Shown here: one piece after another, positions 37,162 to 51,293 of the stretch | Layout: every line of letters starts with the position of its first letter | Numbering within the stretch: position 1 is the stretch's first letter | Assembly (NCBI RefSeq): GCF_016432865.1 | Contig: NC_067401.1 | Coordinates: 188,108,001 to 188,172,000 of the forward strand | Reading direction: 5' to 3' | Source: Antechinus flavipes | Taxonomy: Eukaryota | Length of the DNA: 64,000 nucleotides | Program-made: the position numbers and the translations under genes | Notes under the pieces: model-generated | What the model saw: the letters and a program-made list of their open reading frames with translations, nothing else | The model's database searches: none | What the model was told of the DNA's origin: nothing

Positions 37162-40100
37162 GTTTGTTGGATTTTATGAGGACACAGCTATTCCCCAAAA
37201 CATGAGAGTTCCCTTTGACTTTCTTTACTTCCTACACTAATCAGGATGCTTTAGTCCTTTGGATTCCCTGTCTGTGATCCTTAGTCTGCACTGATGTTTC
37301 CACTCTCTGCCAACACAAGTATTGGGTTGCTGTAAGAATGCTGATTCCACTCATTCCCCTTTCCAAACTAGGGCTCATTTTCAGGTATATCTGAGCAATT
37401 TTGTAGGATTTGAATTCAGGTTGGGTTGCACTGGATTGAGAAGGCTGTGGTGAAGAATTGCCTGCCCTTCCTCTTCCTTCCTTCCCTCCCACTTGTTTGA
37501 TATTTGAAGTCCTTTCACTTTCCATTCTTGTTTCACAAAGTTCCCTCCCTCCATCCTTCCCATTTACTTGATATTCAAGGTCTTTCACCATTTGTCTCTA
37601 GTCTCTAGCACACTTTCCAGTCGTTTTACTAGCTCCAGCCCGAAGCTAGCTAAAACCGTGATCATTTTGGGATCCCTTTCCTTCTAGTACATTGCCCTCT
37701 CTTTAGATTAGATTGTAAACTTCCTGAAAGCAGTCTCAAATGCTTGATATCTCCACCTACCCCCCTGAGTGAGTGCCCCAGGACTAAGTTATCTGTCAGT
37801 TGAGTGCAGGGAAGAAGTTGGACTTGAAAAGAAGTAGAAACGAATTGTAGAGCCCTGCCCCCAACTCAACCCTAGATTTTCTCCCTCATCTGACTACTGG
37901 CAGGTTCCCTTTCAATGCCCTGATCCAGTTTCTCCATTGTCCTATTTAGTTACTCTGCCTCAGGTTATGAGCTTTCCCTCTTAATGTTGATGAGATAAAG
38001 GTTTTATGTCTTTAGGCTATAGTCATTCCTTCTTAATGTTTGACAGGATAAAGGTTTATCCATTTTAGATGTCATTAGAATATGAGTAACCTCTCCAGTA
38101 CCTCCCTCCACTGTGTCATCCTAGGTTCCTCCCCCCATTAGGTTATCCCCATCCAGGTACTTCCCCCATTATGTCATTGTTCTTGTTATCCTATAAAAGA
38201 GTCTTGCTCTCTGATACTTAGTGCTGGACTCTTTGAGATGATAGTTTCATCCAGCCCTGGGACCAAGATCCATTTGGTCCCAGTATATCTCTCCATTTAA
38301 TAAACTATTAAATTGGTCTCCAATCTCAAGTTTCTCTGGCATTACATTTTGGAGCTTCCCCAACTCTAACTGAGCTGGGAACTGAGAACAGGACTAGGGG
38401 GCAGAGACATTTCAAATCTCCACTTTGGGCCTGGAAGACAGTTGGGGATCTGGGTTTTCTCTTTCTTGGAAACTAGCCCTCTGGATTCTTCAGAGGCTCC
38501 AGGAAGAGAGCAGTTCACCAGCTGGGGCCACACACGACAGTGGATACTTTCGATTCAGCCAGGGGAGAGTAAATGCAATCTGATTTATTTTTGTCTGTCT
38601 ATGTTAGCACCTGGATTCTCAGAATATTAGAATGCTAATGGAATGACGGGCATTGAATTCTGAAAAGGTTATTATTTGGGACGCTGGATAATACCCTCTG
38701 GTTTTGTGTCTCCTAGACACCTGGTCTGATACTTGCTTGTGCTAACACCTGGGTTCTCAAAATAACAGGACATTGACAGTTTAAAATTCTAAGAAGTAGT
38801 GTCGTACTGGACGCGGTTGGCACAACCTGAGTATCTCTCTTAAGACACATCTGGTTCTGTGTGCCAGTTGGCACAATTCTGGGCATTCCAGATTATAAAT
38901 CTGGGTGTCTTTTTAAGACACCATTTGGCTCTGGTTTTGATGTGAATGTCTTACTGAATGTTATAATTGTGCAGTCTATGTGTGTTCTGTGTTCTGTTTG
39001 ATTTGTTTGTCTGTTTTGTTAATTTTAAGAGCTCTGTTCAATTTAGGAACAATGATCTAATTTGGGAATTGGTTATTTCAATACTGAACTCCAGCTGGAG
39101 AAAACATTTGATTAGGAATTTTAAGATGATTCTAAATTTGGGAAATACATTTTACTGTTGCCTATGCAGGCTAGAATTAGTTATCTTTAAGCATAAGATC
39201 TTAAAAGAACAATAGCTTGTTAAAGAAGTTCTGTTAACTTGCCTGAAAAGGGTCATGTGCCTCTAATTAGGTAAAGTATGTAGCAAAAGGATCTGGCTTT
39301 TCTGAAAGCTTCAATTCTGGCCAAGTTGGAGCTTAGGAGCAGTCCATTGGGAATAATGGCCACATGGGGCTAGAGGAAGAGAAAGAAAAACTATGCTGTT
39401 TCATTATTTGAAATATAGGAAAAGCAGTTTTATATTATTGGGAATTTAAAGCTGTATTTTGGTTCAGAGTTTGTTACCTATATTATAACATTGTAAGTTA
39501 TGCTTTAAATTCAGCTCTGCTGGACATGTGGGTTTTATGGAATCTTCCCCACCCATCTCCCCCACTGATTTCTGCTACTTTAAATGTTGGGTTGGGTAGG
39601 GATCTTTTATAAAGATTTATACTTGCCCTCCCCACTGCTGTTACTTTTGCTATTTGAGCATCTAGTTAGCCTGGACTGAAGTTTAGTTCGACTTCCCTCC
39701 CTCCATGTCTCTTGGGAGGTGGAGTGAGGGGAAGGGTGGTCACATGGCATCCTCTCCTCTCCCCTCCCTCTAAACTGTTCCCGACATTTTTTTATCATGT
39801 TGTAGCTACCTGGTTCTTGGCTAAAAGCAGCAAACGGATTTGTATAAATATAAGGTTATGGTAAATATCTCTTTAGGATTTGTTATTGGAGATAAAATTT
39901 CTTGGGTTTGTAGTTAATGTGTCATCACATTTTTTTTTTTTCTTTTTGTAACTGATTTTTATAATCAGAGCAATGGTCAATAAGAAATTGTTAATGCAAT
40001 TCAATTATGTCATACCTTGTTGTTTCCAATCTGATTATCTGTACTTGAGCAAATAAGTATTTAGTCTGGTCATCTACTGGTTACTAGATATTTGTCTGGA

Positions 40101-40219
40101 TATTCATGGTTTTTTTTTTTAAGGTTTATTACTAATGAGAGGACACATCTTGTAGCAGTCCTTATGGACCAGTATTCCTATCTCAGACTGTTCTAACCTT
40201 TTTTGTTAGATTTGTTTTT

Positions 40220-40889
40220 TGTGGTGTTTTTCTTCTTTAAAATAATATAATGGTTCTTTCTGAGAGAAAGCAGGTTTCTCAGGGAGGTTTTCTGGAGGCA
40301 GCCTTAGTTTCAGTTAAAAGTAATAATCACCCAAAACGCAGCCAACTGGTAAAAATGCAAACATTTATTTTCTCCTTTCAAAATAGCCCAGTTAGTTGAG
40401 GCCTATCTCTCTGCTTGGTTCCAAGAGGTCTTGCAGATTGTCCTTTGCTTCTGCCTCTGCTTTCTTCCAGCCAAGTGGAAAATGGAATGAATCTCTCTTG
40501 CCTCAGAGAGAGGCTTGTGGGCTTCCTCCCAGAGTGCTCCTCTCAGACCCCAATCAATGTTCCGAAGTAGCTAATTAACCTGAAGCTAAGAGCCTTTTTA
40601 TATATGATCTCCCAGAGGTTGACTCCTCCTTCTGGAGGCACACCTAAGGGAGGTGTGAATTCACAAAGTTACAAAGTTTACTTTGTGAATCTCTCATACT
40701 TGTGAACTCCAATTAGTACTGGTGTGAACACAAGCATTGTATCAATTAGTTCTACTTAGTACCTTGTTTCAGTTTCTGGCCCCAAACATCTCCTTGTAAG
40801 ATCACATCAGTGATACTGAACCATGCTAAATTAGATAATTATTGTCTCTATCAATTCTAATGACTTAACAATTTGTAAAGATTCCAACA
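40220..40889 (-). mobile_element. Solo class II LTR nested in provirus A
   Basis: TGTGGTG...GATTCCAACA termini as in 42289-43157 and 54880-55720. The T-rich TSD is ambiguous. Confidence 0.85.
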
Positions 40890-42288
40890 TTTTTGTTTCT
40901 AGGTTTGGTCAAATTACAGATATATTGACTTGCTTCTGGGACCTAGATCAAGCTTTGATTGTCAGCAAGCCATATCACACTCAACCCCCTCCCTGGACTG
41001 AGCTTCTTCGCCCATTTTCAGCAGGAAGCAACTTTTGAGAAAACCATCACCCTTTCTCCTGATGTAATTTGGATTGATATGGGGGAGTGGGAAAGTGGTT
41101 GAATTGTAAGAATTTTAACTGTATTACTGTGTGTTTAAGACTTGGGATGGACATTGTTAAACTTGTGTAACTATTGCTATTATGTTTGAGGGACTTTTAT
41201 TCTGTTATGTATATGCATATGTATATGATTTATACGTGGGATGTTTATTTGATAATTCCTTTCCGAAAAAAAAAAAAAAGGGAGGAAGAAATAGGAAGTT
41301 GGGGAAACATGTATTTTCTTACGCACTCCTACCCTACTCTCTATCTACTAGTTTAGATTTAATTGGAAGTCCTTTAAATAGTAGTTTTCATTTTTTACTC
41401 CTTGCTTAAATTTACTGGACTATGATTTGCTGATTGTACTTTAACTTTCAAATCCCTTATTCAGTTGGAATTGCCCTGGCAGACTCAGTTTGGGGGATTA
41501 TTTTTTAGAAACAACCAGAAACCAGATAACTGTCTTGGGACTGGCAGTCTCTCTGACCTGTTTCTCCACTCCTGTTACCCCAGGTCCTTACTTAGTATTT
41601 CAGCGTACTTAAAAGGACTTTGTAGTTGATATTGGGCCTCTAAAAGTTTGGGGTTTGCCTGCCTTGGCCTAACTGTGCATAATCTGCTCAGAAATCTGAT
41701 CCTTTCTGCAGCCCTGTCTGTTCCTCTGGGCAGGGAAAGGGTGGAGCTACTCCAAGCCTCACCCTTCTCCCCTGCAGCGGGTTGCCCCTCTGAGTGGGCA
41801 GCACAACTGCCTTGAGCCTTGCTGCTCTGTAAGCAGAGGCCGAGTCATAAATGACCACAGACCTAACTCACAGTGAACTGTCCATATGCTTCCCAACTGC
41901 AGAGGACCTGACATGATTGTAATAAGAAACTTTGAGTATTGCTGATTAACTCTAGGGTTCAGGGAGAGACTTGACCTTGCCATAAGTCCTTGCATTGTTC
42001 TAGCTTTATTTTGATTTTTATTTGCTCTATTTATTTCATATAGGGTTGTTCAAAATTATGGTGCTAAGACCTTCTAGAGGAAGGCAATTCAAAGATTGGA
42101 ATAGTTACAAGAGAGACAGTGGGAAATGTGACACAGTTCTCTTTTAATGTCCTGACCTAGTTTCCCTAATTGTCCTACTTAGCTACTGTGACTCAGATTA
42201 TGATCTTTCCCTTTTAATGTTGATGAGATAAAGGTTTTATATCTTTAGGCTATAATCATTCCTTCTTAATGTTTGACAAGATAAAGAT

Positions 42289-43157
42289 TGTGGTGATCTT
42301 TTTCTTCTTTAAAATATATATGCAAGTTCTCTCTGGGAGAGAATATATATGCAGGTTTCTCGAGGAGGTTTTCTTGGAGACATCTTTAGTATCAGTTCGG
42401 ATCAATAATTACCCCAAATGCAGCCAGCTGGTAAAAATACAAACGTTTATTTCTCCTTCCAAGTCTTGTCTCTTTCCTTGGGCCCGGATAGCTAGATTCT
42501 TAGAGGCCTATCTCTCTGCTTGGTACCAAGAGCTCCCTCTGAAAGTCTCCAAATCCAAAGGTCTGTCCTTCAGCCTCTGCCTCTGCTTTCTTCAGCCTCC
42601 AGCCAGCACAAAGATGGAATGAATCTCTTGTCTCCTTCACTTGGGGCTCGGCTAGCTTTCTGGTGAGTCTTTCAGACCAGCTTGGTCTCAGTGGGGGAAG
42701 TGCAGGAGCCCAGCCACCACAGTGGTGTGAGATGAAGATGAATCTGATTGTGCCTCTGAGAGAGCCTTCTCAATCTTCAGCTCAACTCTCCACTCATAGC
42801 TTCTTCCTCTCAAGACTCTTCTTCCGCTACCAGCCAGCCAAGTGGAAAATATTGGAATGAATCACTCTTCACTGGCTTATATATCACTCTTCTGAGAGAA
42901 TGGGATTATGGGTTTTCTCCCATAATGCTCTCTGGCCCTAAGAGCTTCAAGGGAGGTGTGAATTCAAATATCTCATACGAAACCCTGAAATTTCCCAAAC
43001 GTGTGAGCTCCAATGAGTAAAGGTGCAAACACAAGCATTGCATCAATTAGTTCTACTTAGTACCTTGTTTCAGGTTCTGGCCCAAAACATCTTCTTGTAA
43101 GAACAGATCAATAATGTATCAACTCTAATGAGTTAGCAGTTTGTAAAGATTCCAACA
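42289..43157 (-). mobile_element. Solo class II LTR nested in the 3' LTR of provirus A; 6-bp TSD
   Basis: AAAGAT (42283-42288) and AAAGGT (43158-43163) flank TGTGGTGATC...GATTCCAACA. Confidence 0.88.
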
Positions 43158-43547
43158 AAAGGTCTATCCATTTTAGACATCATTAGAATATCAGTAACCT
43201 CTCCACTACCTCCCTCCATTGTGCCTTCCTACGTGCCTCCCCCATTAGGTTATCCCCATCCAGGTACCTCCCCCATTGTGTCATTGTTCTTGTTATCCTA
43301 TAATAAGATCTTGCTGTCTGATACTTAGGGCTAGATTCTTTGAGATTTAATAAACTATTAAATTGGCTCTAATCTCTGTCTTGCTCAGTTTCTCTGGCAT
43401 TACACTGGGAATCCTAAGATTCACCTTAGTGGACCAGAAAAATGACCCCCCCCCCCCCCACTCCCGAATTCCAAGCGATTTCCGAGTGTGTGTGGATCCC
43501 GAACAGTGTCGCATTCCCATGAATGCGAGGAGGTTGACCAGAGAGCC

Positions 43548-43980
43548 TGTGTTACTTCCCTCCGATAGAAATGGGATTTCGGTGCAAATGTGGCGAGAAA
43601 CTATTTCGGTTTTGTATGGACGAGAAAACCCAGGGTGTGCAGGAGCGTTCCCAAAAGAAGTGTCCCAGGAACCAAGCGGAAATTTTCAGATTTAAAGGAA
43701 ACACGGGGAGTTGCCTTAATTTCAACTGGGTTTTGCGTGTAGTTGGGGGACTTGGGAAAGGCTGGGACTTTGAGTTGAGGTTGAGCGAAGAAAATATACG
43801 CGCCGTAAATCCCAAGGCTTTTTTTCTCTTAAGTTCTGGATAGATAATGAAGGGGCTACGAGTGGCTTCCTCCTCTCCTCCAATTCCCTCCGCCCCCCCT
43901 TTTAGGGGCAAACAACACAACCGCGAAGGAGAATGGCTGAGAAGGCGGGCTGCGCAGGAACGGCGCGCCAATCACAGCGC
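43548..43980 (+). promoter_or_regulatory. Histone H1-type promoter remnant: TG box, AC box, GC box, CCAAT; TATA missing
   Basis: TGTGTTA at 43548-43554, AAACAACACAA at 43910-43920, AGGCGGGC at ~43943-43950, and CCAATCACAGCGCG at 43968-43981. Confidence 0.65.
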
Positions 43981-44015
43981 GGCTCCTTTCTCTCTCCTCG
44001 CTCTTCCTCTTTCCC

Positions 44016-44222
44016 GCCTTTCAAAAGGCGCTCCCGACTGCCGGCTATGGCGTGGACAAGAGCAACAGCCGCGGCAAGTTAGGGTGGAAGAGCCTATAAC
44101 GAGCAAGGGCACTTGCGGCCAAGGACAAGAAGGTGGCTAAAAGGCCGGCTAAAGCCAAGATGGCTAAGCCTAAAGCTGCCAAACCCAAGGCAGCCAAGCC
44201 TAAGAAGGTGGCGCCCAAATGA
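44016..44222 (+). pseudogene. H1: Histone H1 pseudogene (globular-domain piece + C-terminal tail, two internal deletions)
   Basis: AFQKALPTAGYGVDKSNSRGKLGWKSL* aligns to H1 [27 protein letters not shown]. SKGT follows in a shifted frame, then AAKDKKVAKRPAKAKMAKPKAAKPKAAKPKKVAPK*. No start codon. Confidence 0.88.
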
Positions 44223-44304
44223 AGGGACGATTTGTTGAAAATTTTGAAAAATACTTTTTGCCCTACCGTGCCCTCAGCCGGTCTCTCCATTAACTCAGCA
44301 AAAA

Positions 44305-44320
44305 GGCTCTCTTCACAGCC
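44305..44320 (+). terminator. Degenerate histone stem-loop of the H1 pseudogene
   Basis: AAAAGGCTCTCTTCACAGCCACCC has two mismatches to GGCTCTTTTCAGAGCC, one of which breaks the stem. Confidence 0.75.
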
Positions 44321-44615
44321 ACCCTATGGACCTCAAAGTTATTTTTCTGGTGGGCGGGCGAGGGAGCGGATAAAACCCTCCAATTACGCACGGCCATGGT
44401 GCATCTGCCCCCGGCCCCAGAGTGGGGGGGAGGGGAGCAGGAATGTAAAGGAAGGGCACTAGAAAGGGGGAAGGGGAGGAAGGTGTCTTAAATTGGTGAG
44501 TGGCTGGAGTTGAAAACCAAGCAAGTGACCGGTTTTCTACTCGCTACGCCACCGTTTCTGCTCAGAGGACCCAGTGTACGTGAATATACAGCTACTCTTA
44601 TATGAGGCAGTGGGT

Positions 44616-44631
44616 GGCTCTAAAAAGAGCC
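44616..44631 (-). terminator. Histone 3' stem-loop of H3
   Basis: GGCTCTTTTTAGAGCC on -, then ACCCA and the HDE-like AAGAGTAGCTGT. Confidence 0.92.
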
Positions 44632-44656
44632 TTTGGTTATTTAGCCTTTGAAGATT

Positions 44657-45148
<492 letters not shown>

Positions 45149-45149
45149 C

Positions 45150-45265
45150 TATATTTATATCCACGACAACGTTCTGATTGGAGCGTTCGAAAGCCCTACG
45201 CCCAAAGGAATTGGTGGAAAATCAACCCTACCCGCCCTCGAAATTCCGAGCAATTTCATTGGATA
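45150..45265 (-). promoter_or_regulatory. H3 promoter (TATA + CCAAT boxes)
   Basis: TATAAAT on - at ~45153-45159; ATTGG at ~45177, ~45210 and ~45258. Confidence 0.7.
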
Positions 45266-47263
45266 ACGCGATCCCGCCCCTCGCTAACTTTCTTCTAGGC
45301 TCAGTCTACTTGCTCCTTTTCATTTTTCCCTCCCTTCCTAGGGCCCCCACCTCCTCAAACCTAGCCCCAGCCTAACTGCGCCCCTCTCGTGCGCTCGCTC
45401 ACACTCACGTGTTTTAAATATTTTTGCCGTTTCCACCTTGAGATTTATTTTTATTTTTTTGAGGGATCGATCACAGACTTCACTTATTGATCATTACGCT
45501 AGTCTCTTAAGTCTTCCATTTTCTTTTACGTTCGACTTTTACATTTACGCTTTTCCTTTCACATTTAGAGCATTCTGTCGACTACTCCCACTACTTGTAC
45601 GGAGTCCATTCCACCGGTCTAGAAGACCCAGAGTACCTTTAACTCCAGTTCTTTTCCTAGTCGGATCTCTGCCTTTCCCCCCTCGCCACTTCCCAGTCCC
45701 GCGATCCAAACCCCGAATTTCTTTAAAAAAAGATTGTACTCTTATGGCTCCTCTTGGCTTGTGGTTGGATCCATCTTCGATGGATTTTGGGTGGAGGTCA
45801 GATGAGAGAGAAAGGTTCTCAGAGGTTCCATCGAACCTGATGATGTGTTTGCTGTCTGCCAGGATCGTCTAACTAAATTCACATCAGGTCGGCCCTCTGC
45901 TTATTTACAGAGAAGTTAGCTTTGCACGAGTGTATGCACACGGGGAAAATAACAGGGCCCTCAGATCGATTCCACCGAAAATTTTAATAAACGCTTGCCT
46001 TTCCCACGAACTGTGGGCATTACACGTTGGGTACCCCAAAGGATAAAGAAATAAAACAACAAACAATAAACCAAGAAGTGTTTATTCCATTGGGGGTTCC
46101 GTAGAAGAGGAAGGAACCTGAGGCATACAGCTTGTACAAATAAAGACATTGAAAGAGGAAAAGAGCTACAGCAATCGGATCATAAACTCAAAAACTGAGC
46201 TTCAGATGAAGATAAAGATTCAGTGGAACGATCTGCGTGAAGACCAAGAGATCAGAGAGGGAAATATCAAGAAGCCTGTGTTGCAGGCAAAAGACAAAAA
46301 GAAATTGGTGAAGCAAGAGCTATCCGGGACATCTAACTGAGCCACCTTTTGCTTTAGCAAGAGGAGACTAGATGAACCGGAGAGGCTAGAAGCAGGACGA
46401 ACAGGGCAAGAAATGTTGTTTGTGGCGACAAATAGAGGAAAATTTGAACTCGGGGGTGGATTGATGGGAAGCGCTTAAAGGAGCTAGGGTGGTGGAATGG
46501 GGGCAGAGGTATTAGGAACCACTGTGACTGAGGGGGGTGCGAAATGACAAGGAACAAAATGGTCTCTCTCCCCTAAAATAAAGAGCATTTCGAGAAAGCG
46601 AGAGTGGGCTGGGCATGGGAGAGACTCCAGTTAGGAACGTTGTCTTTGGCGATTCCTTGTGGACTGGAAGCTAGTAAACTAGGAGTCCCAGGGAAAGACC
46701 GGGCTCCCTGAGTTAAGGCAGACGATGTGTAGCCTAGAGTGGGAGCCCAGCACAGTTATAGGTCCGGAGGTGGACGATGACACAGCAACGCAAGGGAAAC
46801 TGAGGAAAGGTCAGCCCGGGAGGAAGAGAGCCAGGAGAGACCCAAGTTATTTCAAACGCTTCACTTGAAATTTGGCAATTGCGTATGCCTTCGTAAGAGA
46901 ACTTGTAGAACGCTTCCCTAGTACATCAAGAATTGGCCTGAATTGGACCTCTCAAAACACCCAAACATTACTCTCCCTTTTGAGCAAGGGGCCCTTTGTG
47001 TGACCGTGACTTCCCTGACTCAAGCCTATGCGGCACCTCTGGGCGGAGATAACCTAGCCCGCTCTAGAGCAAGATTCCGGTTTCTCAATCCAATGCTTAA
47101 TGAGTGACTTCGGGCACTGTATGCCACGACTTTTTCTCCTCAAAGCTAAAAAAGCCGGGGAGGGGGGAGGGAAAGAGGGGGAAGTAGTGGTAATCCCATA
47201 ACCATCCCGCATTTCCCCAAGCAGGAGCAGCCCAAGTCTAGCTCTTTTTTTGAAAGCGTGGGA

Positions 47264-47279
47264 GGCTCTGAAAAGAGCC
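47264..47279 (-). terminator. Histone 3' stem-loop of H2A copy 1
   Basis: GGCTCTTTTCAGAGCC on -; HDE AAAAGAGCT downstream. Confidence 0.95.
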
Positions 47280-47341
47280 GTTGGTTTCTGCGTGGTAGAC
47301 GAATCTCCCATTTCCAGGGACTGTTCGTCAGCAGGGCTGGC

Positions 47342-48500
<1,159 letters not shown>

Positions 48501-48547
48501 NNNNNNNNNNNNNCGAGGGTGCCTGAAGGTCTCCCAACATACACAAC

Positions 48548-48563
48548 GGCTCTTTTAAGAGCC
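48548..48563 (+). terminator. Histone 3' stem-loop of H2B copy 1
   Basis: GGCTCTTTTAAGAGCC followed by ATCCA and the HDE-like GGAGAGCTGG. Confidence 0.93.
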
Positions 48564-49616
48564 ATCCACTTCTCTCTTCGGGAGAGCTGGCGCGCGCGCT
48601 AAATGCACCCGACTTGGGTGGGAGGCCTGTTGTCTGCTGTTTCTCTAAATGCGGCCGGGGGCGGAAGGGAAGGCTGGGAAACGGCTAAACTGCCGGACGC
48701 CAGCGAGGGCTGCGGGTCCGGCTTCCTCGCACCTCTAACTTTTGGTCACCACCTCAGTAGTCAAACACCAATGCTTCGGGCTCTCAAACCATGGGTGCTT
48801 TTTCAAATTGCACGCACTTCTCCCGACCTAGCTGCCACGGAGCAGCAGCAACAAAGTCCCGTTTGCTCTTTGCTCTTCACTTAAGAGAGCGCGGCGAGCC
48901 GTCCCTACGTGGACCAGCTCCCATTGCTACCACCTGAATAGTCTGACAAGTCGACCTTCCTGCGCTTTCAGTGGAAGTCGACGTGTGCCCAGGGCTGTGC
49001 CGGGGACAGACTCGGACGCACTTCGCTCCGTCTCGATTTCGGTAGCATTTACCTGGGGAATTCTGCTCTCCTACTCCCTTGCTTGGGACTTGCAACTCGC
49101 AACCCAAATGTCATCTCTCGGAGCTTCGGGGAGGCTGCAAGTTGCCAGGGCTGGGGAAAGGACAGGCTGGACAAAATCGAAACTGATGATCAGCTCCGGC
49201 TACTGCTGTTACTCAGTTCAATTAAAGTCGGCTCGTTTTTCTTCTTATTTTATTTTATTTTATGTTTTGGTATGCGTAATCGTTTATCTTCTAGGAGCTG
49301 GTCCGCTAAGCTCCCTCTCTCTCCTCAGATCTCAACTTCATGTAGCTGCTTCAAGTTGACAAGGGTCATAGAAAAAAAATTTTTTTGGGGGGGTTCATGC
49401 CAGGAGGGGTGTGAGAACTGAAGACAGCAGCATCTGGTTGTGTGTCGTGTCCCAATCAGTCCCCGTGTGCAGGCTGGAAGACAGTTGAAAATTCACAGCT
49501 TGAAGCGTGGAGAAAACAGATCTCAGGAGCAGATTAAAAAGTGGGGTGTCCTTCAGGGTGGAAATGAAGACATTTAGGAATGGGGTCATTTTGCAGAAAA
49601 TGCATCAGGTCCCGTT

Positions 49617-50770
49617 TGTGGGCTGCATTAAGAATGCTAATGACCCATCTAACTATCCCGAATGCTAAAGAAAAGTAGATGCTAGGAGCAAAACGTTAGA
49701 GAGAGTTGGTTCCTCAACCTCATCATAAAAATCACCAAGATGGTTTAGTCAAAGATCCTGAACCTTCTCCCCCCTACTATCCCCACTCTTTATGGGGGAG
49801 GGGTGGAAGGGACCCGAGGGAGTGAAAAGAGCTGAGAGCCTCAGGTTTTAGTTAAGGTGAGAGAGTTAAAAGGAAATCAACTGTTGTTTGTAACAGCTGA
49901 GTGGGAAAAACATCTAAGGCTCAGAATGGGCTCCTCTAGTTTTGGCCTGGCCTTGGACCGCTGGAAAAATTGGGAAGGTGGGTGCCAGGTCTCTCACTAG
50001 GATGGAAGTTTTTTCAGCTTTGAAAGAGACAATTCTGCTGGGCATGTTTCTGCTATTGCTTTTACATGAGGGCAGAAGTGTCAATATCAGTCCCAGGATT
50101 TGAAAAAAAAAAAAAAGAAGAAGACAGTACTTTAAGAGGCACTTTTAAGTTTTCAAGGGCTCCAGAGAGTTGATGTGTGGAGAGAGACTGGAATTCAGCT
50201 AATCTAGTCAGAATTCAAGTTTTGAGGTTGAGGTATTTTTTTCAATCCGAGTGTCTCTGTGAAGCGAGTTGTGATCCCTTTAAGAAACTGTGATTCCTTT
50301 CAGATTCCCAGCCCCTCCTGACTGAAGCTTATCCTTCTCAGACAAGTTGTCTTTCCTGGATGCCAGAGCCTTCGATTCAATTACAAATCCTGGTCAAAAA
50401 GCATCTCTTTGAATTCCAGTAGGAGATCCTGGGTTGTCCCAACCCCCATTCTGACTTGCTTGGGCTGCCCAGTCCCCACTGGTTCTGATCTGCTGGGGCT
50501 GTCCCAACCCCCAAACAAGACACTCAATAAAATAGCTTCCCTAAATGAAGGTAGCTCCCTCAGCTGCCAGGACTTTCTGTCCACTGAGAACTGCATTCTC
50601 AGTGCAAAACTCCATTTCCATAGATCTGCCACTATGGAAGTCAGTCTCTGGGTACATTGATTTCTATCTTACAATAAACTTTCATTTTGCAACTAACATT
50701 CGGGAATGAGTGAATTTTTTTACTCCTAAAACCTGCAGCCGATTTAAAGGGGATTCTTAATAACTCTCTT
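49617..50770 (+). mobile_element. Probable LTR of a third family, with short leader
   Basis: AATAAACTTTCATTTTGC at ~50674 and a splice-donor-like AAGGTGAGT at ~50838. Boundaries uncertain. Confidence 0.4.
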
Positions 50771-51139
50771 ATAGCCACGGACATGTAGACCACCAGGAAT
50801 CTAGACCACTCTATCATCTGCATTAAGAGACAGCCTAAAGGTGAGTCTTTAGGGACTGTTCCCAAGCTTTCCCAATTCTATAGCTCTCATCTTCTCTGGG
50901 CATCCCTAGAGAGACAGAAGGATGTGACAAAAGCTCTCCTAAGAGGACTATTTGTCAATCCACAGAACTTTTCTGTCCAAGTGTCTGTGGACACAAATCT
51001 GGATGAGCGCAAGGTTCCAGACAGCTCCACCTGTGTGCCTCTGATGCCCCCTTCACACCCCTCTCCCCACCCTCCCACCCCTGCTATAGAAGGGTGGTAT
51101 GGTGGTTTACCAGGGGAAAAAAACTCATGAAAGGTCACC

Positions 51140-51293
51140 TGTTAGAATCCTTACAAGGTGTTAAGTCACTAGAATTGATAGAAACAATGCTTGTGTTTAC
51201 ACCTTTGAGAGTTCGCACATTAGCTCACACATTAGTTCACAAGTTTGGGAGATTCACAAATCAGGCTTCAGTATGAGATTCACAAGTTTGCAC
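51140..51293 (+). mobile_element. Partial class II LTR (U3 start)
   Basis: TGTTAGAATCCTTACAAGGTGTTAAGTCACTAGAATTGATAGAAACAATGC, homologous to 14966 onward and to the 7465-7999 LTR. Confidence 0.75.

Larger units (their letters stand above)
37895..43404 (+). mobile_element. Non-autonomous ERV1-like provirus A (5' LTR to 38346, non-coding internal region, PPT, 3' LTR 42127-43404) carrying two nested LTRs
   Basis: The two LTRs are roughly 88% alike by eye. Purine tract GAGAGACAGTGGGAAA precedes 42127. The internal region is homologous (inverted) to 57.1-60.8 kb. No gag/pol/env ORF. The 5' boundary is uncertain (37846-37900). Confidence 0.8.
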
